NCBI RefSeq assembly: GCF_000299365.1
Contig: NC_018655.1
Location: 570,001 to 602,000 of the forward strand
Direction of reading: 5' to 3'
Length of the DNA: 32,000 nt
Origin: Candidatus Nitrosopumilus koreensis AR1
GTDB lineage: Archaea; Thermoproteota; Nitrososphaeria; Nitrososphaerales; Nitrosopumilaceae
Positions 19,178-27,072 of this stretch are shown piece after piece. The notes beneath the pieces were generated by a model that was not told the DNA's origin, ran no database searches, and saw only the letters and a list, made by a program, of their open reading frames with translations. Each line of letters starts with the position of its first letter. Position 1 is the first letter of the stretch. A program made the position numbers and the translations under genes.

Positions 19178-19414
19178 ATGTCAGAATCAACAGAAAAAAA
19201 ATTAGATGCAACAGGATTATTCTGCCCAGAACCTGTATTTAGAACAAAAATTGAAATTGAAAGAATGCAAGTAGGTGAAACATTAACTGTTTCTGCAGAT
19301 GATCCTGCTGCTGAAGATGATATCTCTAGATGGGTGACAAGAAATGGTCATGAGTTATTAGATATGTCAAAAAATGGCGATGTAATTACATTTCAAATTA
19401 AAAAGGTGAAATAA
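19178..19414 (+). CDS. tusA: TusA-family sulfurtransferase
   Basis: LDATGLFCPEPVFRTKIEIERMQVGETLTVSADDPAAEDDISRWVTRNGHELL (CPxP motif). Confidence 0.88.
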   Translation: MSESTEKKLDATGLFCPEPVFRTKIEIERMQVGETLTVSADDPAAEDDISRWVTRNGHELLDMSKNGDVITFQIKKVK

Positions 19415-19422
19415 CCAAAATC

Positions 19423-20412
19423 ATGACGACTGTAACTGATACAGATGTTTTGAATCGTGTTGGTAATACTCCTTTGGTACCGTTGACTTTGTCTCATGAT
19501 AACGTAGAATATTCTGCAAAATTAGAAGGTCACAATCCATTTGGTTCAGTTAAAGATAGAGCTGCTTATTGGATGATAAAAGACGGTGAGGAAAGAGGCA
19601 TCTTAACAAAAGGCAAGAGCATTATCATCGAACCTACTTCTGGAAATACTGGAATTGCATTAACTGGTATTGCAAATCTGTTAGGATACAAAGTTGAGAT
19701 AGTAATTCCTGAAAAAGCAAGCAATGAAACTAAAGATATTATTCGAAATTTAGGTGCTAAGGTATTTGAAACAAGTGATGATTTGTGCCCTAAAGTTGGC
19801 GCAGGAACTGATCAAAGCATTGCACTTGCAACCTCTATTGCATCATCAAGACCTGATACATATTATTCTCCAAACCAATACGCAAATGAAGCAAATTTCA
19901 AAGGACACTATATTGGAACAGGGCCTGAAATCTGGAAGCAAACTGATGGTAAGATAACTCATTTCTTTACTGGTGTTGGTACTGGTGGAACAATTACTGG
20001 AATTGGTGCATTTCTTAAAGAAAAAAATCCAAATGTGAAAATTATTGGATGCCAACCTCAACAAAACCATCTGATTCAAGGGTGGAGAAATTTTGAGGAA
20101 TCTGCAAAGCCTGACTTGTTTTTGAAACGAGAAAACGTTGTTGATGATTGGGTTTCTGTTGATAATGATGAAGCATTCTCTGTGGTGAAAGAAGTTTTTG
20201 AAAAAGATCAACTGTTGATTAGCCCTTCTTCAGCAGCAGTGTATGCATGTATGAAAAAATATCCTATTGAAGGGGATGCATGTGTAGTTGGAATTTTTGC
20301 TGATGATGGAAGAAAATTCAAGAGTGTATATGCTAAACAACATGTACTTTCTGAAGAAGAATTTGAAAATTATCTTAAAGATGCAAAATACATGTCAGAA
20401 TTGGCCTACTGA
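19423..20412 (+). CDS. Cysteine synthase (PLP-dependent beta-family)
   Basis: LEGHNPFGSVKDRAAYWMI (PLP lysine), EPTSGNTGIALTGIANLLGYK, FTGVGTGGTITGIG. Confidence 0.9.
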   Translation: MTTVTDTDVLNRVGNTPLVPLTLSHDNVEYSAKLEGHNPFGSVKDRAAYWMIKDGEERGILTKGKSIIIEPTSGNTGIALTGIANLLGYKVEIVIPEKASNETKDIIRNLGAKVFETSDDLCPKVGAGTDQSIALATSIASSRPDTYYSPNQYANEANFKGHYIGTGPEIWKQTDGKITHFFTGVGTGGTITGIGAFLKEKNPNVKIIGCQPQQNHLIQGWRNFEESAKPDLFLKRENVVDDWVSVDNDEAFSVVKEVFEKDQLLISPSSAAVYACMKKYPIEGDACVVGIFADDGRKFKSVYAKQHVLSEEEFENYLKDAKYMSELAY

Positions 20413-20413
20413 T

Positions 20414-20887
20414 TTACTCTAAAATAGATTTCAAGTGTTTTTCGTAAAAATTTCTAAAAAATGAATTCATGTCTCTTTCATGGTGTAGGCATTTGTTGCT
20501 TTGTTCTGTGATGTCATTTTTTATTTTTCTACTCCACTGACTTTGTTGTTTATCTTTGGAATCAATAATGGATGGATTGTCTTCAATCTGTTTCATTATT
20601 TCTATTAATGATGATGCTAACTGTCGAAATTTGCTTATTTGTAAAAGGAATCTTTCAGATTCTTCTTTGTTAATGATTTTCATCAAAGAAAATACTTGAT
20701 TATAATATTCTAAGCCTTTTTCATTGTATTTTTCAAAATTCTCAATTCTTTTTTGCCAATATTCTTTTGATTTTTTATTCTCTACTTTGTAACTGAACTG
20801 AATTTTAGTTAATTCCTTGCCTAATTTTGCTAGTTTATCACTATGTTCTTTCACTGTTATTTTGTTATTCTCTGAGTCTTTGCTCAT
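20414..20887 (-). CDS. Hypothetical coiled-coil protein (157 aa)
   Basis: Lys/Glu-rich helical ORF tightly following upstream minus-strand genes. Confidence 0.55.
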   Translation of the reverse strand: MSKDSENNKITVKEHSDKLAKLGKELTKIQFSYKVENKKSKEYWQKRIENFEKYNEKGLEYYNQVFSLMKIINKEESERFLLQISKFRQLASSLIEIMKQIEDNPSIIDSKDKQQSQWSRKIKNDITEQSNKCLHHERDMNSFFRNFYEKHLKSILE

Positions 20888-20919
20888 GTAAATTCGTGAG
20901 TCTTATTCCAATAAAGAGT

Positions 20920-21129
20920 TTAGACTTGTGATTTCTTCCATGAGTCAAGTGATTTTTTAGAATATTCTAACAAGCATTTCTCACAAAATGAATCCCACTC
21001 CCCAATTTCCATTTTCTTGAAATATTTCAGTGACCACTTGTATGGTGGCTCTTCTCTATATTGAAATTGTTGAATTGTAAAGATCTCTTTTTCTAAAAAT
21101 TTGTTTAGACATTTTTTTGCATTGTGCAT
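20920..21129 (-). CDS. Hypothetical CxxC microprotein (69 aa) next to trxB
   Basis: ATG ORF beginning 3 nt after the trxB stop; aromatic-rich sequence with CEKC. Confidence 0.5.
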   Translation of the reverse strand: MHNAKKCLNKFLEKEIFTIQQFQYREEPPYKWSLKYFKKMEIGEWDSFCEKCLLEYSKKSLDSWKKSQV

Positions 21130-21132
21130 TTT

Positions 21133-22137
21133 TCATTCTTGTTTATCTGCACTTTCTGTTAGATATTTGTCTACATCAATTGCTGCCATACAGCCAAATC
21201 CTGCTGCAGTGATTGCTTGCCTATAATTTCTATCATGTACGTCTCCTGCTGCAAAAACTCCCTCCACATTTGTGTAGGTTTTGTTTTTTAGAATCACGTA
21301 CCCTTCATCATCCAAGTCAATCTGATTTTTGAACAATTTTGTATTTGGTTCGTGTCCAATTGCAACAAAGAGGCCTCCAGCATCTAGTGTTGACTCTTCA
21401 TTTGTTTTGAGATTTTTCAAAACTGCTTGTTGCATCTTTTGATCCCCTTTGATGTCTATTACTGCAGAATCCCAATGAAATTTTATTTTTTCATTGTTGA
21501 ATGCTCTTTCTTGCATTACTTTGCTTGCCCGTAACTCATCTCGTCTATGGACTAGGTGAACTGTGGTTGCAAATTTTGTAAGAAATGTTGCTTCTTCAAT
21601 GGCAGAGTCTCCTCCCCCCACCACAACTAATTCTTGATTTCTAAAGAAAGGTCCGTCACATGTGGCACAATATGATACTCCTTTGCCTCCAAATGTTTCT
21701 TCACCTTCTAATCCTAATTTTCTTGGATTTGCTCCTGTTGCAATAATAACTGCACGACCTTCATATTCTTCTGACGCTGTCAAAACTTTGAGTGGTTTTC
21801 TTCTAAAATCAACATCTACAGCTTCATCATCTATTATCGTAGTCCCCATTCTTTGAGATTGTTTTCTCATCTCAATCATCAAATCTGGCCCCATGATGCC
21901 TTTTTCAAATCCTGGGTAATTTTCAACCTCTGTCGTGTTAACTAATTGCCCTCCGGGCAATATTCCTGATAGAATTAATGTATCATAACCTGCTCTGGAA
22001 CAATAAATTCCTGCAGTGTACCCTGATGGTCCAGCACCTATGATGATTACGTCAAATTTTGTTTTCTTTTTGTCTGGCATCTTTGGATTGTCGTCATTTG
22101 TTTCAAGTACAGTTGCACCTGCATCTGCTGCCATCAT
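21133..22137 (-). CDS. trxB: Thioredoxin-disulfide reductase; start may be ATG at 22080
   Basis: FDVIIIGAGPSGYTAGIYCSRAG, redox motif VSYCATCDGPFF, VVGGGDSAIEEATFLTKFA, GVFAAGDVHD. Confidence 0.93.
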   Translation of the reverse strand: MMAADAGATVLETNDDNPKMPDKKKTKFDVIIIGAGPSGYTAGIYCSRAGYDTLILSGILPGGQLVNTTEVENYPGFEKGIMGPDLMIEMRKQSQRMGTTIIDDEAVDVDFRRKPLKVLTASEEYEGRAVIIATGANPRKLGLEGEETFGGKGVSYCATCDGPFFRNQELVVVGGGDSAIEEATFLTKFATTVHLVHRRDELRASKVMQERAFNNEKIKFHWDSAVIDIKGDQKMQQAVLKNLKTNEESTLDAGGLFVAIGHEPNTKLFKNQIDLDDEGYVILKNKTYTNVEGVFAAGDVHDRNYRQAITAAGFGCMAAIDVDKYLTESADKQE

Positions 22138-22185
22138 GATAACTCATCTTTAATTTCAATAATTTAAGTCAATATCTTTTTTCAG

Positions 22186-22623
22186 TCAATCATCTTTCAT
22201 TCTCATTAGAATTTGATCACAAATCTTACGCATTTGAGAATCGGAACCTACACTGGAAATTCTGACAATATCTGTAGTCGTAATCACTCCTACAATTTGC
22301 TCATCTTCTTTTACTGGGAGTTTGTGAATTAAATTTTCTTTCATCATTTCTGAGGCTTCCCAAATTGTTTCATCAGGACTAATTGTGATTAGTGGTGATG
22401 ACATCACTTCTCCAATTTCTGTAAATAGTGGTCTTCCTTCTGCAGCAACTTTTGTGACAAAATCCCTCTCCGTAATGATTCCAATTGGTTTTGAATTATC
22501 TGTAACGATTACACAACCTACATTCAATTTATTCATCTCTTGTGCTGCGTCTTGTAATGATGTTGATTTTTCTGCTGTGAGAACATTTTTGTTCATTACT
22601 TGGTTGACAAATGTATTGTCCAT
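22186..22623 (-). CDS. Tandem CBS-domain protein (145 aa)
   Basis: VGCVIVTDNSKPIGIITERDFVTK and LPVKEDEQIVGVITTTDIVRI CBS repeats. Confidence 0.88.
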   Translation of the reverse strand: MDNTFVNQVMNKNVLTAEKSTSLQDAAQEMNKLNVGCVIVTDNSKPIGIITERDFVTKVAAEGRPLFTEIGEVMSSPLITISPDETIWEASEMMKENLIHKLPVKEDEQIVGVITTTDIVRISSVGSDSQMRKICDQILMRMKDD

Positions 22624-22733
22624 AATCTATTGATGTGTTCTAACTATATCTTATAAATTCTAAATTATCATGCCTGAAAATCATGTCAGATAATCATTAA
22701 ACCCTTTTAATGATCATTTATTTAATTTCAAAT

Positions 22734-23165
22734 ATGGTAATTAAGACAAAAAAGATTTTGGTACCGCTGGATGGTTCAAAGAACTCTCTGCGTGGCTTGG
22801 ACATGGCTATCCACATAGCTAGACAATCTCAAGGAGTAATTGTTGCCTTGACTATAAAGTCTGTACCTGGAATTTACGCTATTCATCCATTAGGATTCTT
22901 AGATTTTAATTCTTCAAAAGAAATGAAAAAAATTCTTGACAGTGCAAAATTAAGAGCTGCAAAAAAGGGAATTAAATTAATTCCAAAAGCCCTATCTGGA
23001 GATCCAGGATATGATGTTGCACGATTTGCAAATAACAAGAAAAACGGAATTGATTTGGTTGTAATTGGTGCTCGTGGAAGAAGTTCTGCAAAAGAGCTTT
23101 TCTTAGGAAGCGTTTCAAACTACGTATTGCACAAGTCAAAAAAACCAGTACTTGTTGTGAAATGA
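22734..23165 (+). CDS. Universal stress protein (UspA family); track ORF 22710
   Basis: TKKILVPLDGSKNSLRGLDMAIHIARQSQ...DLVVIGARGRSSAKELFLGSVSNYVLHKSKKPVLVVK. Confidence 0.92.
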   Translation: MVIKTKKILVPLDGSKNSLRGLDMAIHIARQSQGVIVALTIKSVPGIYAIHPLGFLDFNSSKEMKKILDSAKLRAAKKGIKLIPKALSGDPGYDVARFANNKKNGIDLVVIGARGRSSAKELFLGSVSNYVLHKSKKPVLVVK

Positions 23166-23596
23166 CAAAAAGCATTTCTAACTTTAAAACAATTCTTGTA
23201 CCATTAGATGGTTCAAAATATTCTGAGAAGGCACTACAACGTGCATGTGAATTAGTTGATGCATTTGATTCTAAGATAATTTTGGTTTATGTTGTTGAAA
23301 AATCAATTCCTATCAATCTTTTGGATCGTAAAGAATACTTGACCATTGTTAGAAAATTTGGAAAAAAAACTCTTGAACGTGCAACTAAAACACTTTCAAA
23401 AAAAGGAATAACTGCAAAACCTCTTCTAAAAGAAGGAAATATTGTTTCTGAAATTGAAAAAATTGTAAAAAACGAAAAATGTGATTTAATTGTAGTTGGC
23501 AACAAAGGTCTTGGTGCCCTCACAAGATTTCTTCTTGGTAGCGTTTCAAACAAACTTGCTCAACACTCTCCTTGTTCTTTGTTAATTGTAAAATAG
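23162..23596 (+). CDS. Universal stress protein (UspA family)
   Basis: FKTILVPLDGSKYSEKALQRACELVDAFD...DLIVVGNKGLGALTRFLLGSVSNKLAQHSPCSLLIVK. ATGA overlap with the preceding gene. Confidence 0.92.
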   Translation: MTKSISNFKTILVPLDGSKYSEKALQRACELVDAFDSKIILVYVVEKSIPINLLDRKEYLTIVRKFGKKTLERATKTLSKKGITAKPLLKEGNIVSEIEKIVKNEKCDLIVVGNKGLGALTRFLLGSVSNKLAQHSPCSLLIVK

Positions 23597-23597
23597 A

Positions 23598-24452
23598 TTA
23601 ACTTGCTAGAACACTTACAATATCTGATTTTGTAATAATTCCTACTAATTTTGAATTTTTTACAACTGGTAATCCGCTAACATTGTGTTTAATCATGAGT
23701 GTTATTGCGTCTTTGATTTCTTTGTCGTGATTAATTGTGATGGGGTTTGTTGTCATGATGTCTGTAGCGTGAAATGGAAATAGATAACTCATTTGATTTA
23801 CATGTCCTTCTGTAAGTCCTTTTTTGAATTTGTATTCTTGTACTTCTTTTGGGTCCGCTGATTCTGCAATCCATTGAGGAATTTTTGCAGGAACAAAATC
23901 TCTAAACGTAATAATCCCTACTGGTTTTTGATTTCTCTTGATTATTATTCTGGATATTCCATATCTTAGCAACAAACTTTCAACATGTAGTATGGGGTCA
24001 CTTGGAGCTGCAGTGACTAAGTTTTTTTTCATTATTTGAGACACTTTAAGCGATTCAGAACCTTTCGTTAAGAATATCTTGACCAGATCTGTCTTCGTTA
24101 TTATTCCCCCTAGTGTTTTATCTTCATTTAGAATAATCACAACACTGATTCTATGTTTTTTCATCATTGTTGCACATTCTTTAACTGAATTTTCTCTAGT
24201 AAGTGTGAATAATTTTTTTGGTTTGAAACTTTTTGCTTGGACTGATTTTATTGGATTGTTGCCTAACTCGTAAATTTTCTTTGCGATATCTTTTTCGGTA
24301 ATTACTGCTATTGGATTTTTTTTATCAATTACAACTACTCTTTTGACTTTGTTTTTTAGTAACGTGTCTCTGACTTTTACCAAAGTTGAATTTGGCCCTA
24401 CAGTAATTGGTTTTGTTAATAATTTTGTTAATTTTGAATTTTTGACATCCAC
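23598..24452 (-). CDS. Multi-CBS-domain protein (about four CBS motifs)
   Basis: Repeated V-x-x-G-I-I-T-x-x-D motifs: PIAVITEKDIAKK, LGGIITKTDLVKI, PVGIITFRDFVPA, LVGIITKSDIVSV. GTG start. Confidence 0.9.
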   Translation of the reverse strand: MDVKNSKLTKLLTKPITVGPNSTLVKVRDTLLKNKVKRVVVIDKKNPIAVITEKDIAKKIYELGNNPIKSVQAKSFKPKKLFTLTRENSVKECATMMKKHRISVVIILNEDKTLGGIITKTDLVKIFLTKGSESLKVSQIMKKNLVTAAPSDPILHVESLLLRYGISRIIIKRNQKPVGIITFRDFVPAKIPQWIAESADPKEVQEYKFKKGLTEGHVNQMSYLFPFHATDIMTTNPITINHDKEIKDAITLMIKHNVSGLPVVKNSKLVGIITKSDIVSVLAS

Positions 24453-24562
24453 AAGGTTCCTTTTTTATTATTCATTAAATATGTCATTGCCAATATCATC
24501 AATGAAAATCACGACTAATAATTATTATAATGCTTTTTAATTCAAGTTTATGAAGTTAATTT

Positions 24563-24904
24563 ATGGCTCAAAAAATTCCTTTGTATATAGTTGGATTGGC
24601 AAAAGATGAACCTGCAAATGAGCTTTTGATGTCTAAATTTGGTGGAGCCCTGGAGAAAGTTCAACAGGTGTTGCCTGATATTATTGAGGCTAAAATAACA
24701 GTAAAATCTCAAAACCCTGAAGGTTCTAGAACTCATTATGATGTTACCGCAATAGTGAAAACATCAAAAAACCAATTAGTCTATACCGAATCTGATTGGG
24801 ATATACTCAAAATATGTGATCAATTAATCAAAAAATTGGAAAGAGAAATGCCAAAACATGATGATAAACGTCAAAGAGATAGTATTCGTAAGAGAGAGGT
24901 TTAG
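24563..24904 (+). CDS. HPF/RaiA (S30AE)-like putative ribosome hibernation factor (113 aa)
   Basis: Fold pattern and C-terminal helix resemble HPF/RaiA: THYDVTAIVKTSKNQLVYTESDWDILKICDQLIKKLEREMPKHDDKRQRD versus the canonical D-M-Y-A-A-I-D-x-L-I-D-K-L-x-R-Q-L-x-K-H. Confidence 0.6.
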   Translation: MAQKIPLYIVGLAKDEPANELLMSKFGGALEKVQQVLPDIIEAKITVKSQNPEGSRTHYDVTAIVKTSKNQLVYTESDWDILKICDQLIKKLEREMPKHDDKRQRDSIRKREV

Positions 24905-24907
24905 ACA

Positions 24908-25339
24908 CTGTTTACAAATATTTTAATTCCATTTGATTTGTCAACACAATCTACTAGGGCTTTTAAAGTCGCAGTAGATATTGCAAAAAAATATGACTCA
25001 AAACTTACTCTTTTGACTTGTCTTGAAGGGGATGCTTGGCATCATAAATTCTATGATGCAAGAGCTGATTCTGAACTAATTAAAAAACAAAAATCAGTCT
25101 CACAAAAACACCTTGAAAAATTAAAAGTAATTGCAGATAAAAACAATGTTTCTATAAAATCTAATATTTTAACATCAAAATCAGTTGTTAATGATATTGT
25201 AAACTTTGCAAAATCTAGAAAGTATGATCTAATTGTAATTGGCTCTCATGGTAGAACTGGTTTTGATAAAGCTCTTTTAGGTAGTGTTGCAAACGGTGTA
25301 TCTCAAAAAGCAAGATGCCCTGTTCTTATAGTAAAATAA
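24908..25339 (+). CDS. Universal stress protein (UspA family) with possible non-canonical CTG start (track ORF TTG 24938)
   Basis: Core NILIPFDLSTQSTRAFKVAVDIAKKYDSKLTLL...DLIVIGSHGRTGFDKALLGSVANGVSQKARCPVLIVK. The UspA first strand lies upstream of TTG 24938; GAGGT at 24896-24900 is 7 nt before CTG 24908. Confidence 0.75.
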   Translation: MFTNILIPFDLSTQSTRAFKVAVDIAKKYDSKLTLLTCLEGDAWHHKFYDARADSELIKKQKSVSQKHLEKLKVIADKNNVSIKSNILTSKSVVNDIVNFAKSRKYDLIVIGSHGRTGFDKALLGSVANGVSQKARCPVLIVK

Positions 25340-25343
25340 TCCA

Positions 25344-26219
25344 GTGATATTGTTGATTTCAATTGTCGGTAGCGGTAGAGTTGGCTCGTCAATTGGATTT
25401 CTTTGTGTTTCTAATGGATTAGATGATGTGTTATTTGTAAATAAAACAAAAGAAAAAGCTATTGGTGAGGCATTAGATATTGCAAATGCAATACCTGCCA
25501 ACTCCAAAATTTCTATACGTGGCACAGATGATTATTCTGAATTAGTAGGATCTGATATTGTTGTGATTACTGCAAGTGTTGATATTTACCTCAAAGATCG
25601 AACTGAAAATATTGGTTTACAGGTTAAAATGGTAAAAGATATTGCAGAAAAAATTAAAGAATATTGTCCTTCTGCAATTGTTTTGATGGTTTCAAACCCT
25701 CTTGATGTTTTAACTTATTTTTTTCAAAAACAAAGTGGTTTTTCTAGATTCAAAGTAATTGGTATTGCCTCTAGTCTTGATACTAGTAGATTTCGTTATT
25801 ATATTTCTGAAACATTGTCTGTTCCTCAATCATCAATTTCTAATGCACTTGTTTTAGGAGAACATGGCGATTCTATGGTTCCAATTTTTTCAGGAGTGTC
25901 TGTTGGTGGAAATCCTCTTTTTTCATTGATTGATAGTAGGGACACAATAACTGAAAATGTTCGAAATTATTGGAAAACATTACGTAATTTCAAGAGTAGA
26001 TCTCAATTTGGTATTGCAAAAAATACATTTGATGTAATAGATGCAATCGTAAAGAAAAAAGAGATTGTGATTCCTGCATCTATAGTTCTTGAGGGTGAGT
26101 ATGGCGAATACAACATTGCCATGGGTGTGCCTGTAAAGATTGATCAAAATGGTGTATCTGAAATACAAAAAATAAAACTTGATGACACTGAAGCATCCTC
26201 TCTAAAAAAAATCATCTGA
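25344..26219 (+). CDS. mdh: Malate/lactate dehydrogenase family protein
   Basis: Rossmann ISIVGSGRVGSSIGFLCV; MVSNPLDVLTYFFQK; SSLDTSRFRYYIS; catalytic LGEHGDSMVP. Confidence 0.88.
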   Translation: MILLISIVGSGRVGSSIGFLCVSNGLDDVLFVNKTKEKAIGEALDIANAIPANSKISIRGTDDYSELVGSDIVVITASVDIYLKDRTENIGLQVKMVKDIAEKIKEYCPSAIVLMVSNPLDVLTYFFQKQSGFSRFKVIGIASSLDTSRFRYYISETLSVPQSSISNALVLGEHGDSMVPIFSGVSVGGNPLFSLIDSRDTITENVRNYWKTLRNFKSRSQFGIAKNTFDVIDAIVKKKEIVIPASIVLEGEYGEYNIAMGVPVKIDQNGVSEIQKIKLDDTEASSLKKII

Positions 26220-26260
26220 AAAAATTCGAAATGATATAGACTCTGTTCATGAATAAGTTG

Positions 26261-27049
26261 TTATTTTTTTGAGACTTTCTTCATGTTTGTTGCAGTAGTT
26301 TTTTTTTCTTCATGTTTGTTGCAGAGTTTTTTGTTTTTTAATTGAGAATGAATGAGATCTTTTTGCCAATGTGAATTGTATAATCTGCATTCTTTGTTAT
26401 CGCAAAACGCATCTCCTGTTTCATAGTACATAATGGCCTGTAAAAGATATCCTTCTACAATTTCTGACAATCTTGGATCGTTGTATTCTAGAAATTCTCC
26501 TTTGTATTTTTCTTTAATTTTTACCATTTCCTCTTTTGTAAAATTGGTCATCAAATCAAGATAGTACTTCTTTGGTTTTGCAGGCGCTTCTATTATTCCT
26601 GTAGTTGATATTATTGTAGGATTTGCACCAATCAACGCTCTTGCATGATATCTAAAGTCATCTTCGTCAAATGTACATGTTAGTTTATTTGTAAAAATTA
26701 TGTGTAGTGTGTCTTGAATCTTTTCATTTATTGGTATAGAATCTGATATTATTTTTTGTAATTCAAATCCATCATAAAGAATTTTTTCTTCATTTTGTGA
26801 ATTATCTGTGTTTTCCCTTTCTGTTTGTATTTCTAATTCTGTAGGTGTATGTCTTGAAAATGGTTTTTTTAATTCAAAAACCTTCGTCGTTGCAATTTTT
26901 TCAAAAATCTCCTTATCTGCGTTTTTAAAAAAATTCGGTCTAGTTTCTATATCTGTCTGAAATGTTTGTCTGAGAAATTTTTCAATTTGGTTAATTTGAA
27001 TTTCTGGAACTGTGGGTTCATCATAAATGATAATTTTTCTTGTTTTCAA
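26261..27049 (-). CDS. Conserved archaeal protein, possibly DUF6775 (putative metallopeptidase-like) family
   Basis: RKIIIYDEPTVPEIQINQIEKFLRQTF; DDFRYHARALIGANPTIISTTGIIEAPAKPKKYYL; GDAFCDNKECRLYNSHWQKDLIHSQL...LCNKHE. The family name is from memory. Confidence 0.55.
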   Translation of the reverse strand: MKTRKIIIYDEPTVPEIQINQIEKFLRQTFQTDIETRPNFFKNADKEIFEKIATTKVFELKKPFSRHTPTELEIQTERENTDNSQNEEKILYDGFELQKIISDSIPINEKIQDTLHIIFTNKLTCTFDEDDFRYHARALIGANPTIISTTGIIEAPAKPKKYYLDLMTNFTKEEMVKIKEKYKGEFLEYNDPRLSEIVEGYLLQAIMYYETGDAFCDNKECRLYNSHWQKDLIHSQLKNKKLCNKHEEKKTTATNMKKVSKK

Positions 27050-27072
27050 TATGGAGACAAACGTCTGATTGC

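Noticed and set aside
24902-24904. TAG as a pyrrolysine codon joining HPF-like and UspA ORFs
   Set aside because: No pyl genes or PYLIS-like element are seen and Pyl is not established in this lineage. CTG initiation with a well-placed SD is simpler.
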